Shown: piece after piece, positions 1 through 8,548 of the stretch | Numbering within the stretch: position 1 is the first letter of the stretch | Layout: every line of letters starts with the position of its first letter | UHGV virus genome: UHGV-0048975 | Direction: 5' to 3' (one strand) | DNA from: a virus | Length of the DNA stretch: 20,483 nt | Made by a program: the position numbers and the translations under genes | The notes under the pieces: model-generated | Database searches by the model: none | What the model was told of the DNA's origin: nothing | What the model saw: the letters and a program-made list of their open reading frames with translations, nothing else

Positions 1-9
1 TTAGCAAGG

Positions 10-29
10 TTGTGTACATTTGTACACAA
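10..29. promoter_or_regulatory. Inverted repeat TTGTGTACA-TT-TGTACACAA upstream of the TetR-family gene; putative autoregulatory operator
   Basis: Perfect 9-bp inverted-repeat arms with 2-bp spacer, read directly; sits about 20 bp upstream of the ATG at 50. TetR regulators commonly autoregulate via palindromic operators. Confidence 0.4.
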
Positions 30-49
30 TTGCAGAGAGAGGAAATGAC

Positions 50-586
50 ATGCGTCGCGCTAACGATCCGCAACGGCGAGAAAAAATTATCCAGGCCACG
101 CTGGAGGCGGTGAAACTTTACGGAATACATGCTGTTACGCACCGCAAAATTGCTACCCTTGCCGGGGTACCGTTGGGATCGATGACCTACTATTTTTCAG
201 GAATTGATGAGTTGTTACTGGAGGCGTTCAGCAGTTTTACTGAGATCATGTCCCGGCAATATCAGGCATTTTTTAGCGATGTTAGTGATGCTCCGGGCGC
301 ATGCCAGGCTATCACCGATATGATCTACAGCTCACAGGTTGCAACGCCGGATAACATGGAGCTGATGTACCAGCTCTACGCGCTGGCTAGCCGAAAACCG
401 CTATTAAAAACGGTAATGCAAAACTGGATGCAGCGCAGTCAGCAAACGCTCGAACAATGGTTTGAACCCGGAACCGCCCGCGCGCTTGATGCGTTTATTG
501 AGGGGATGACGCTGCATTTTGTCACCGACCGTAAGCCGCTATCGCGCGAGGAGATTTTGAGGATGGTTGAGAGGGTTGCAGGGTAG
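50..586 (+). CDS. rcdA: TetR-family transcriptional regulator (host gene, RcdA/YbjK-like)
   Basis: N-terminal TetR-type HTH ([23 protein letters not shown]). ATG at 50 preceded by GAGG; the track ORF from 20 uses a TTG and is probably an over-extension. Symbol is from memory of E. coli YbjK/RcdA, unverified. Confidence 0.8.
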
Positions 587-635
587 TAGATAAGTTTTAG
601 ATAACAAAAAACCCATTTATGTAAACGGGTTAATG

Positions 636-669
636 AAAACAATAAGTTAGATTAAAAACAATAAGTTAG
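636..669. repeat. Two direct copies of AAAACAATAAGTTAG (636-650, 655-669) between host gene and int 3' end; possible Int arm-type sites in attL
   Basis: Exact 15-bp direct repeat with 19-bp spacing seen in sequence; the position adjacent to the int 3' end is where arm-type sites sit in P2-family att regions. Confidence 0.35.
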
Positions 670-677
670 GTTGGTGG

Positions 678-1754
678 TCAGTGGTGGTTATTACGGGGTA
701 ATGCCAACCGCTGCCGCCACTTTGTCGCCACTTTGTCGCCACTTGGCAGCGTTGCCAGAGGATTGAAACGGAGCGCCGTTTCCAGATGATCCGGTGCCAG
801 ATGTGCGTAACGCATAGTCATTTTTATATCGTGGTGTCCGAGAATTTTTTGTAAGGCCAGAATGTTTCCACCCGACATCATGAAGTGCGCCGCAAACGTA
901 TGGCGCAGAACGTGTGTGAGTTGACCGCGAGGGAGCACGATAGACGTTTTTTCCATCACGGATAAAAATTGAAAATAGCAGTCTGTGAAGAAATTGAACC
1001 CATCAAGCGCCATGATCTCTTCGTAAAGCTCTTTACTGATAGGGATGCTTCTGTTTTTCTTCCCCTTCGTTCTGACAAAGGTAATTCGGTATTTGGTCAC
1101 CTGTGAGCGGGTAAGATTTACGGCTTCACGCCAGCGTGCGCCTGTGCTTAAGCATATCTTAACTACCAGTGCCAGAATTGGGTCCTGACGTTTGCAATCA
1201 GCCAGCAATTCAACAATCTGCTCATGGGTAAGCCATGCCATCTCTTTTTCTGCGATGGTGAATTTTCGCATGTTCTCCAGTGGGTTCGGATACGACCATT
1301 CGCCCAGACGGGATAGTTCGCTAAAAACACTACTTAGATAGCTTTGCTCCAGGTTAATGGTGACCGGGCTTGCTCCTTTCTTCCATTTCTCGCTGAAGTA
1401 GATCTCGCCTGTCAGGCGTTTATCTCGATAGTGGGCAAACATTTTAGAGGTGAGATCGGTTGCAAGAGGATTGCCCAGAGCGTCAACCATCAACAGCAAT
1501 TTGTCATAGACATGCTGCCCAGCTGTCAGAGATTTACCATGTAGTTTGAACCATAGCTCAACCACGTCTTTCAGTGTTCGACGATCCACTGATTCACCCA
1601 GCCAGGGCTTTGCTTCGGTTTCTTCCATCGTGTGGCGCTCAAAAGCCAGTGCTTCGCCTTTGGTGACGAATTGTTTACGCACACGACGCCCACTTCGTCC
1701 GGCGGGGTAACATTCGCAAAGCCATTTCCCAGTGGTGAGTTTTCGTACTGCCAT
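678..1754 (-). CDS. int: Tyrosine integrase (P2/186 Int family)
   Basis: Begins MAVRKLTTGKWLCECYPAGRSGRRVRKQFVTKGEA, the typical P2-family Int N-terminus; C-terminal HxxR...RYAHL catalytic region. Start placed at the ATG at 1754; the 410-aa track ORF has an implausible N-terminal extension. Confidence 0.9.
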   Translation of the reverse strand: MAVRKLTTGKWLCECYPAGRSGRRVRKQFVTKGEALAFERHTMEETEAKPWLGESVDRRTLKDVVELWFKLHGKSLTAGQHVYDKLLLMVDALGNPLATDLTSKMFAHYRDKRLTGEIYFSEKWKKGASPVTINLEQSYLSSVFSELSRLGEWSYPNPLENMRKFTIAEKEMAWLTHEQIVELLADCKRQDPILALVVKICLSTGARWREAVNLTRSQVTKYRITFVRTKGKKNRSIPISKELYEEIMALDGFNFFTDCYFQFLSVMEKTSIVLPRGQLTHVLRHTFAAHFMMSGGNILALQKILGHHDIKMTMRYAHLAPDHLETALRFNPLATLPSGDKVATKWRQRLALPRNNHH

Positions 1755-1942
1755 AAAAAATGCCCTCCAGTAGAGAGCATTTTCACTGTATGTATAACCA
1801 GTGTCAATGTATGAAATCCTACGACCATACATCTCACTGAAGCCATAATTAAGTTGGCTATTCTTTTTGCTATGTGAGCATGTAACTTTTGCGGTTAACC
1901 TGCGGCTCATTTTTATTTTAGACGCAGATATAAAAGCAAAAG

Positions 1943-2134
1943 TTATCGTGAGTTTTTAGTACAGATTTTTTTGGATTTACTAATAGTTCCATCATTGCAA
2001 ACGAATTTGCCATCTGAGGTACAGTGAGAAACACCTCCCTTTTTCCCTGAGCAGGGATAATTTCTAGCATAGGTAGTTAGTGGGTTTAATAACAAAGAAC
2101 ATGACAAAACCACAAAAAATACCTTACCAAGCAT
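1943..2134 (-). CDS. Small secreted or lipoprotein-like protein (63 aa, signal peptide plus 4 Cys), between repressor and int
   Basis: Hydrophobic N-terminus [23 protein letters not shown], then a Cys-containing mature part; strong RBS GGGAGG 5 nt upstream; starts 15 bp after the repressor stop, so probably co-transcribed in the lysogenic operon. Confidence 0.5.
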   Translation of the reverse strand: MLGKVFFVVLSCSLLLNPLTTYARNYPCSGKKGGVSHCTSDGKFVCNDGTISKSKKICTKNSR

Positions 2135-2149
2135 AGTTTCCTCCCGGTA

Positions 2150-2719
2150 CTATTTAACATACTTGACTGTTAAACTTATAATTTTACCAATTATTTCAAT
2201 GTCTTCTATCTTGCATTCGAAGGCTCTGTTTCCACCCTCGACGAAGATTCTTCCACCGGGTAAACGAGTAATGTCACGGATCGTTATTTCGCCATCAATA
2301 CTTATTACCCATTTACCATCACGTATATCATCAAATTCTTTATCACAAATAAATTCAGAATTGTTATCTGTGATGACAAAAGGTTTTTTAAACGTAGAGG
2401 GTAGAAATCCCTTATCAAAAATATAAAAACCGTCTTTCTGCAATGCTCCATCAGACAATAAATATTTTTCTACTTCTATAGTATTTGTATTTGCTGATGC
2501 TTGCTTTGAACCATGCCCTGTTGTTAGCCAATTAAGCGAGGTGCCCGTTTCAAGGGCGCACTGGATTACCCAATCTGCTGGAAAAATATCACGCATATAG
2601 CGCGTTGCCATGGTGCTCTTAGAAACACCTAAATGATCACATAGAGCCTGACGGGTACCGAACCCATATGCTTCAACTAAACGTTCTATGGCTTTCTTAC
2701 CGCCGCTATTGAAATCCAC
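2150..2719 (-). CDS. cI: Phage 186 CI-like immunity repressor (HTH N-terminal domain)
   Basis: Segment RLVEAYGFGTRQALCDHLGVSKSTMATRYMRD...CALETGTSLNWLTTGHG resembles the 186 CI N-terminal domain (from memory). Start taken as GTG at 2719 with GGAGGA just upstream; the track's longer ORF (to 2806) would cover the putative pR promoter. Confidence 0.7.
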   Translation of the reverse strand: MDFNSGGKKAIERLVEAYGFGTRQALCDHLGVSKSTMATRYMRDIFPADWVIQCALETGTSLNWLTTGHGSKQASANTNTIEVEKYLLSDGALQKDGFYIFDKGFLPSTFKKPFVITDNNSEFICDKEFDDIRDGKWVISIDGEITIRDITRLPGGRIFVEGGNRAFECKIEDIEIIGKIISLTVKYVK

Positions 2720-2746
2720 AAGTCCTCCAAAGAAATCCAAAATTCG

Positions 2747-2775
2747 TTGACAGATTCCAAAAGCGATCTTAAAGT
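2747..2775 (+). promoter_or_regulatory. Candidate rightward early promoter (pR/Pe-like): TTGACA, 17 bp, TAAAGT
   Basis: Perfect -35 hexamer at 2747-2752 and 4/6 -10 at 2770-2775 with 17-bp spacing, about 90 bp upstream of the cox/apl-like ATG. Confidence 0.35.
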
Positions 2776-2864
2776 TGAACCAGAAGTGTTCTTTTGGAGC
2801 CTTCACTACTAATCACGACAAACAACGGCTCGCCACAAGCCATATCTAGAAGGAATGTTGCCTT

Positions 2865-3068
2865 ATGACACCTAACATTTCAATTACTCTGAATACACCA
2901 CATGTCACAATCGAACGTTATAGCGAACTGACTGGCCTTTCTATTGATACGATTAACGACATGTTGGCTGATGGCCGACTACCTCGTCATCGTCTTCGTA
3001 AAGACAAAAAACGTGAAAAGGTAATGATTAACCTGGCTGCTCTGACTGTTGATGCTTTGTCTGCTTAA
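2865..3068 (+). CDS. Cox/Apl-like small DNA-binding protein (excision and switch regulator), putative
   Basis: First gene of the rightward operon, divergent from the repressor; 67 aa, basic C-terminus ([12 protein letters not shown]) and HTH-like segment. Assignment is mainly by position. Confidence 0.55.
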   Translation: MTPNISITLNTPHVTIERYSELTGLSIDTINDMLADGRLPRHRLRKDKKREKVMINLAALTVDALSA

Positions 3069-3132
3069 TAGACGTCTATTTTCGCAATAAGACGCTGAGT
3101 TCGATTTTGCGATAAGTTCGGAGTTGAAAACC

Positions 3133-3642
3133 ATGTTTGATTACCAAGTTTCCAAACATCCACATTTTGATGAAGCCTGTCGTGCATTCGCACTGCGCCA
3201 CAATCTGGTGCAACTGGCAGAACGTGCGGGCATGAATGTGCAGATTCTGCGGAACAAGCTGAACCCAGCTCAACCTCATTTATTAACCGCACCAGAAATC
3301 TGGCTGCTTACCGATCTGACTGAAGATTCAACGTTGGTAGATGGTTTTCTGGCACAGATTCATTGTCTGCCATGTGTACCGATTAATGAGGTAGCAAAAG
3401 AGAAACTGCCGCATTACGTCATGAGCGCAACTGCAGAGATCGGGCGTGTTGCAGCAGGTGCGGTATCTGGTGATGTAAAAACTAGTGCCGGTCGTCGTGA
3501 TGCTATCAGCAGCATTAACTCTGTAACACGACTGATGGCGCTGGCTGCTGTTTCATTGCAGGCCCGTTTACAGGCTAATCCTGCGATGGCGAGTGCAGTT
3601 GATACCGTGACTGGCCTCGGTGCTTCATTCGGTTTGCTGTGA
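3133..3642 (+). CDS. cII: Phage 186 CII-like transcriptional activator
   Basis: [45 protein letters not shown]...[24 protein letters not shown] matches my recollection of 186 CII; ATG at 3133 preceded by GGAG. Confidence 0.8.
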   Translation: MFDYQVSKHPHFDEACRAFALRHNLVQLAERAGMNVQILRNKLNPAQPHLLTAPEIWLLTDLTEDSTLVDGFLAQIHCLPCVPINEVAKEKLPHYVMSATAEIGRVAAGAVSGDVKTSAGRRDAISSINSVTRLMALAAVSLQARLQANPAMASAVDTVTGLGASFGLL

Positions 3643-3649
3643 GGTGCTT

Positions 3650-3946
3650 ATGCTGACGAAAGAACCATCATTTGCATCGCTGCTGGTAAAACAAAGCCCG
3701 GCAATGCACTACGGTCACGGCTGGATCACGGGTGAGGATGGAAAACGCTGGCATCCATGTCATTCACAAGATGAATTGCTGTCTGAATTGACCACGAGGA
3801 AACGGAGAAAGTCCAAATGTATGCGGCAGAAAGTGAAGTGGTTTATCAGTTTCGTTACAGAGGGGAGAGTTATTCAGTACCTGAAGATGATTTGCTCTGT
3901 TGCTATCCGTCATTGTCGGGCGATGGCAGTTACTTTTTCACGTTAA
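3650..3946 (+). CDS. Hypothetical early protein; 3' extent uncertain (overlaps next ORF out of frame)
   Basis: ATG at 3650 preceded by GAGGTG; the first ~55 residues look protein-like, the remainder is Cys/Trp-rich and overlaps 3817-4041. Confidence 0.4.
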   Translation: MLTKEPSFASLLVKQSPAMHYGHGWITGEDGKRWHPCHSQDELLSELTTRKRRKSKCMRQKVKWFISFVTEGRVIQYLKMICSVAIRHCRAMAVTFSR

Positions 3947-4041
3947 AGGATGGGACGTTTTTACGGGGAGAGCAGGTTAAAGAGACGATACGAAAAAATG
4001 TATCTCCTCTTGAGCGTTACCGTAAGAACAAAGAACGATAG
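3817..4041 (+). CDS. Hypothetical early protein (74 aa)
   Basis: ATG at 3817 with GGAG 9 nt upstream; protein-like composition. Confidence 0.5.
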   Translation: MYAAESEVVYQFRYRGESYSVPEDDLLCCYPSLSGDGSYFFTLKDGTFLRGEQVKETIRKNVSPLERYRKNKER

Positions 4042-4063
4042 CTGCGTTTGGGGGATATGAAGT

Positions 4064-4405
4064 ATGGCAATTAATGGCGCTGCAGCAACTGTTCCATTAA
4101 GCCCCGGTGAACGCCTGAATGGACTTAATCACATTGCAGAGTTAAGGGCGAAAGTTTTTGGCCTGAATATTGAGTCAGAGCTTGAGCGGTTTATTAAAGA
4201 TATGCGTGATCCACGGGATATTAATTATGAACGAAATAAACGAGCACTGGCTGCTATATTCTTTATAGCAAAAATTCCAGCTGAACGTCATAGCATCAGC
4301 ATTAATGAGCTGACCACTGACGAAAAGCGGGAGTTGATTAAAGTAATGAATCATCTTCGTGCAGTGGTGAGCTTATTTCCCAGACGGCTAGCCATGCCGA
4401 ATTAA
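4064..4405 (+). CDS. Hypothetical early-operon protein (113 aa)
   Basis: ATG at 4064 with GGGGGA RBS; no recognisable motif. Confidence 0.6.
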   Translation: MAINGAAATVPLSPGERLNGLNHIAELRAKVFGLNIESELERFIKDMRDPRDINYERNKRALAAIFFIAKIPAERHSISINELTTDEKRELIKVMNHLRAVVSLFPRRLAMPN

Positions 4406-4472
4406 CCAATTAATGAAATTCATGGCGTAAACCCGCCGGGCATTCCTTTATCTAAATTCAGGAGAATTGATT

Positions 4473-4706
4473 ATGCGTAATATTGAAACCCTCTCGACTA
4501 AAACCGGACCGGATGACGCAGGACTTAATATTTTACTGACAGAGGCTCGTCTGGAAGAACGTCGGGCAAGAGCTGAAGCAATGGCAGCTCGCCTTGATAG
4601 CCTTGCGTGCCATATCACATCCCGCCAGCTAAACCACGTTGAAGCGGCTGAACTGCTGCGTGTGGCAGCTGAAGCAATCCAGAACGAAGCGCAGGAGATC
4701 CACTAA
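4473..4706 (+). CDS. Hypothetical early-operon protein (77 aa)
   Basis: ATG at 4473 preceded by AGGAG; the track ORF from 4467 starts at a TTG. Stop overlaps the next start (TAATG). Confidence 0.6.
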   Translation: MRNIETLSTKTGPDDAGLNILLTEARLEERRARAEAMAARLDSLACHITSRQLNHVEAAELLRVAAEAIQNEAQEIH

Positions 4707-4933
4707 TGGCTGATGCAATGGATCTCGTACAGCAGCGCGTTGAAGAAGAACGCCAGCGTCATATCCGTGCTGCCCGTGCCAAAACGCCGGGCGTGTCCCG
4801 CGTGCTTTGCATTGAGTGTGAAGCGCCAATTCCGCCAGCACGCCGCCGTGCCATTCCGGGTGTGCAGCTTTGCATTACCTGTCAGGAAATCGCAGAGCTG
4901 AAAGGCAAACATTACAACGGAGGTGCTGTATGA
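4706..4933 (+). CDS. TraR/DksA-family C4 zinc-finger protein
   Basis: CIECEAPIPPARRRAIPGVQLCITCQ is a CxxC-N17-CxxC zinc finger of the TraR/DksA type; translationally coupled to neighbours. Confidence 0.8.
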   Translation: MADAMDLVQQRVEEERQRHIRAARAKTPGVSRVLCIECEAPIPPARRRAIPGVQLCITCQEIAELKGKHYNGGAV

Positions 4934-5787
4934 GCACCATCCTGAAATGGGCGGGAAATAAAACCGCCATTATGTCCGAACTGAAAAAGCATCTTCCTGC
5001 TGGCCCGCGACTGGTTGAACCTTTCGCGGGTTCCTGTGCAGTGATGATGGAGACGGAGTACCCCAGCTATCTTGTTGCGGATATTAATCCTGATTTAATC
5101 AACCTCTATAAAAAGGTTGCTGCTGATTGTGAATCGTTTATATCTCGCGCCAGAGTTTTATTTGAGATCGCAAACAGGGGGGGGGCTTATTACAACATAA
5201 GGCAGGAGTTTAATTACTCAACTGAAATTACTGATTTCATGAAAGCGGTATATTTCCTGTATCTCAATCGTCACGGTTACCGTGGTTTATGTCGCTATAA
5301 CAAGAGCGGGCATTTCAACATTCCCTACGGTAATTATAAAAATCCGTATTTCCCTGAAAAAGAAATTCGCGCATTTGCAGAAAAAGCCCAGCGAGCAACG
5401 TTTATCTGCGCCAGCTTTGATGAAACGCTGGCGATGTTGAAGGCGGGGGATGTGGTGTATTGCGATCCGCCGTATGACGGTACGTTTTCCGGCTATCACA
5501 CTGATGGTTTCACTGAAGATGACCAGTATCACCTGGCATCCGTTCTTGAACATCGGTCATCAGAAGGACATCCGGTCATTGTTTCTAACAGTGATACATC
5601 CCTGATCCGTTCGCTGTATCGCAATTTTACTCACCACTATATCAAGGTAAAACGCAGCATCGGTGTGGCAGCTGGCGAGGGTAAATCAGCAACAGAAATC
5701 ATTGCTGTTTCCGGGCCGCGCTGCTGGGTGGGATTTGATTATTCGCGTGGCGTGGATAGTTCTGCCGTGTACGGAGTACGTGCATGA
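4930..5787 (+). CDS. dam: Orphan DNA adenine methyltransferase (Dam / D12-class N6-MTase)
   Basis: LKWAGNK N-terminal motif and DPPY catalytic motif; ATG at 4930 overlaps the upstream stop (ATGA), GGAGG 6 nt upstream; no restriction partner nearby. Confidence 0.9.
   Translation: MSTILKWAGNKTAIMSELKKHLPAGPRLVEPFAGSCAVMMETEYPSYLVADINPDLINLYKKVAADCESFISRARVLFEIANRGGAYYNIRQEFNYSTEITDFMKAVYFLYLNRHGYRGLCRYNKSGHFNIPYGNYKNPYFPEKEIRAFAEKAQRATFICASFDETLAMLKAGDVVYCDPPYDGTFSGYHTDGFTEDDQYHLASVLEHRSSEGHPVIVSNSDTSLIRSLYRNFTHHYIKVKRSIGVAAGEGKSATEIIAVSGPRCWVGFDYSRGVDSSAVYGVRA
5177..5185 (+). repeat. Homopolymeric G9 tract inside the dam coding frame
   Basis: Nine consecutive G read directly (codons AGG GGG GGG in ANRGGAYY). 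Confidence 0.9.
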
Positions 5788-8198
5788 GCCATGCCGATAT
5801 GAACAACTGCTGCGGCTTTAACGAGGCTGCCGCAGCGTTCTCATGGAACAGCCCGAAAAAGGCCATTAACCCTTATCTGGACCCGGCGGAAGTTGCGCCG
5901 GTTTCTGCGCTTTCAAACCTGATCGCTCTGTACGCTGCCGATAACGAACAGGAACACCTGCGCCGCGAGGCACTGAGTGATCAGGTCTGGGAGCGTTATT
6001 TCTTTAATGAATCCCGTGATCCTGTCCAGCGCGAAATGGAGCAGGATAAGCTCATTAGTCGGGCAAAGCTGGCGCATGAGCAGCAGCGTTTTAATCCAGA
6101 TATGGTCATTCTGGCGGACGTCAATGCCCAGCCTTCCCATATCAGCAAGCCGCTGATGCAACGTATTGAATACTTCAGCAGCCTGGGCAGGCCAAAGGCT
6201 TATTCCCGCTATTTGCGTGAGACGATTAAGCCATGTTTGGAGCGACTGGAGCATGTACGCGACAGCCAGCTATCTGCATCTTTTCGTTTTATGGCAAGCC
6301 ATGTAGGGCTGGACGGCCTGCTGATTCTGCCTGAAATGAGTCAGGATCAGGTGAAACGCCTGTCTACTCTTGTCGCTGCGCATATGAGCATGTGTCTTGA
6401 TGCCGCTTGTGGTGATTTGTACGCCACCGATGATGTTAAGCCAGAAGAAATCCGCAAGACATGGGAAAAGGTGGCAGCAGAAACCCTGCGACTGGATGTT
6501 ATCCCGCCTGCGTTTGAGCAACTTCGTCGGAAAAGAAACCGCCGTAAACCCGTGCCCTATGAACTCATTCCGGGTTCGCTGGCGCGTATGTTGTGCGCCG
6601 ATTGGTGGTACCGGAAATTATGGAAGATGCGTTGCGAATGGCGGGAAGAGCAGTTGCGTGCTGTTTGCCTGGTCAGCAAAAAAGCATCTCCCTATGTCAG
6701 CTATGAAGCCGTGATGCATAAACGTGAGCAGCGCCGTAAGTCGCTGGAGTTTTTCCGTTCTCATGAACTGGTGAACGAAGACGGCGACACGCTGGACATG
6801 GAGGATGTGGTAAACGCCAGCAGCAGCAACCCGGCGCATCGCCGCAATGAGATGATGGCCTGTGTTAAAGGTCTGGAGCTTATCGCAGAAATGCGCAGTG
6901 ACTGTGCCGTTTTCTACACTATCACCTGTCCGTCGCGTTTCCATTCCACGCTCAATAACGGCAGACCAAACCCGACCTGGACAAACGCGACGGTAAGACA
7001 AAGCAGCGATTATCTGGTCGGCATGTTTGCTGCATTTCGTAAGGCTATGCACAAAGCCGGGTTGCGCTGGTATGGCGTGCGGGTGGCTGAACCGCATCAT
7101 GACGGCACAGTTCACTGGCACCTGTTGTGTTTCATGCGCAAAAAAGACCGCCGCGCCATTACTGCATTGTTGCGTAAGTTTGCCATCCGTGAAGACCGCG
7201 AGGAGCTGGGCAATAACACGGGGCCACGCTTTAAGTCTGAGCTGATAAACCCGCGCAAAGGTACGCCAACAAGCTACATCGCGAAATACATCAGTAAGAA
7301 CATTGACGGGCGTGGTCTGGCTGGCGAGATCAGCAAGGAAACGGGTAAATCCCTGCGTGATAACGCTGAATACGTTAATGCCTGGGCGTCTCTGCATCGT
7401 GTTCAGCAATTCCGCTTCTTTGGTATTCCGGGGCGTCAGGCTTACCGTGAACTTCGCTTGCTGGCTGGTCAGGCGGCAAGGCAACAGGGTGACAAAAAAG
7501 CAGGTGCGCCGGTACTGGATAACCCGCGTCTTGATGCCATTCTGGCTGCTGCTGATGCTGGTTGTTTTGCCACCTACATCATGAAGCAGGGCGGCGTACT
7601 GGTTCCCCGTAAATATCACCTCATCAGAACCGCTTATGAAATCAACGAAGAGCCGACCGCCTATGGCGATCACGGCATTCGTATTTATGGCATCTGGTCA
7701 CCCATTGCAGAGGGCAAGATCTGCACTCATGCAGTGAAGTGGAAAATGGTTCGTAAAGCCGTTGACGTTCAGGAGGCGGCAGCCGACCAGGGCGCTTGCG
7801 CCCCTTGGACTCGTGGCAATAACTGTCCCCTTGCTGAAAATTTGAACCAACAGGATAAAGATAAATCAGCTGATGGGGACACCAGAACGGACATTACCCG
7901 CATGGATGACAAGGAATTGCACGATTACCTGCACAGTATGAGCAAAAAAGAGCGCCGGGAACTGGCAGCAAGGTTACGCCTAGTTAAGCTGAAACGGCGT
8001 AAAGACTACAAACAGCGAATTACAGATCATCAGCGACAGCAGCTCGTCTATGAGCTGAAGTCCAGAGGATTTGATGGCAGCGAGAAAGAGGTCGATTTAC
8101 TCCTACGTGGTGGCAGTATTCCGTCAGGAGCAGGCCTGCGTATCTTCTATCGGAACCAGCGTTTGCAGGAAGATGATAAGTGGCGGAACCTGTATTAA
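5784..8198 (+). CDS. P2 gpA-like rolling-circle replication initiator
   Basis: 804 aa; HUH-type motif [10 protein letters not shown] and downstream YIAKYISK tyrosine motif; position after dam as in P2-like early operons; start overlaps dam stop (ATGA). Confidence 0.85.
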   Translation: MSHADMNNCCGFNEAAAAFSWNSPKKAINPYLDPAEVAPVSALSNLIALYAADNEQEHLRREALSDQVWERYFFNESRDPVQREMEQDKLISRAKLAHEQQRFNPDMVILADVNAQPSHISKPLMQRIEYFSSLGRPKAYSRYLRETIKPCLERLEHVRDSQLSASFRFMASHVGLDGLLILPEMSQDQVKRLSTLVAAHMSMCLDAACGDLYATDDVKPEEIRKTWEKVAAETLRLDVIPPAFEQLRRKRNRRKPVPYELIPGSLARMLCADWWYRKLWKMRCEWREEQLRAVCLVSKKASPYVSYEAVMHKREQRRKSLEFFRSHELVNEDGDTLDMEDVVNASSSNPAHRRNEMMACVKGLELIAEMRSDCAVFYTITCPSRFHSTLNNGRPNPTWTNATVRQSSDYLVGMFAAFRKAMHKAGLRWYGVRVAEPHHDGTVHWHLLCFMRKKDRRAITALLRKFAIREDREELGNNTGPRFKSELINPRKGTPTSYIAKYISKNIDGRGLAGEISKETGKSLRDNAEYVNAWASLHRVQQFRFFGIPGRQAYRELRLLAGQAARQQGDKKAGAPVLDNPRLDAILAAADAGCFATYIMKQGGVLVPRKYHLIRTAYEINEEPTAYGDHGIRIYGIWSPIAEGKICTHAVKWKMVRKAVDVQEAAADQGACAPWTRGNNCPLAENLNQQDKDKSADGDTRTDITRMDDKELHDYLHSMSKKERRELAARLRLVKLKRRKDYKQRITDHQRQQLVYELKSRGFDGSEKEVDLLLRGGSIPSGAGLRIFYRNQRLQEDDKWRNLY

Positions 8199-8289
8199 TT
8201 ACGCAGGTTAACAATTCGTGCTCTTAATAATACCAGGCATATCAGGCTGATGAACGTAAAAAACGTTTTACATCAGTAATATTATTATA

Positions 8290-8309
8290 TACTGTAAATA
8301 CAAACAGTG
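8290..8309. promoter_or_regulatory. LexA box (SOS operator) TACTGTAAATACAAACAGTG
   Basis: CTGT-N8-ACAG core at 8292-8307, 16/20 match to the LexA consensus TACTGTATATATATACAGTA; lies about 40 bp upstream of the 8350 ATG and overlaps the likely -10 region. Confidence 0.7.
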
Positions 8310-8349
8310 GTTATGTATACAGTGTTGCTTTGGTGTCATAGGAGGAAAG

Positions 8350-8538
8350 ATGCAGGACTATTTTTTGGAGTCTTTGAAGCTCCAGCGCATTGATTTTTTT
8401 CTTAAGCTTGTAGCGGCTAGTGAGTGTAGTGATGAAGAGAAGGGGCTGGCTCTGCAGTGGGTTTCTGAACTGACAGATGAACTCATGGCAAAAATCAGAA
8501 CCCACGAATACAACCGCTCAATGGATGTCATCAGCTGA
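8350..8538 (+). CDS. Small SOS-controlled protein (62 aa); candidate Tum-like antirepressor N-terminal part
   Basis: AGGAGG RBS, downstream of the LexA box, at the position of the 186 SOS operon (tum); function by position only. Confidence 0.5.
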   Translation: MQDYFLESLKLQRIDFFLKLVAASECSDEEKGLALQWVSELTDELMAKIRTHEYNRSMDVIS

Positions 8539-8548
8539 GGTGGCTTTT

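Noticed and set aside
20-586. TTG-initiated extended ORFs in the track (20, 3124, 4467, 4870, 16107, 14982)
   Set aside because: Each has an in-frame ATG with a Shine-Dalgarno sequence a few codons downstream that matches the expected protein N-terminus; the extensions are artefacts of allowing alternative start codons.
678-1910. 410-aa integrase ORF as given by the ORF track
   Set aside because: The first 52 residues are unlike any integrase N-terminus and the conserved P2-family start MAVRKLTTGKW begins at the ATG at 1754; the longer ORF is an upstream read-through of an open frame.
1966-1972. T7/A7 homopolymer inside the small secreted-protein gene
   Set aside because: Short A/T runs of this length are common in AT-rich genes and encode the expected Lys-Lys; not considered a phase-variation signal.
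6618-7673. 351-aa minus-strand ORF inside the replication gene
   Set aside because: Entirely antisense to the well-supported gpA-like gene, no RBS, and a low-complexity composition typical of shadow ORFs in GC-rich coding sequence.
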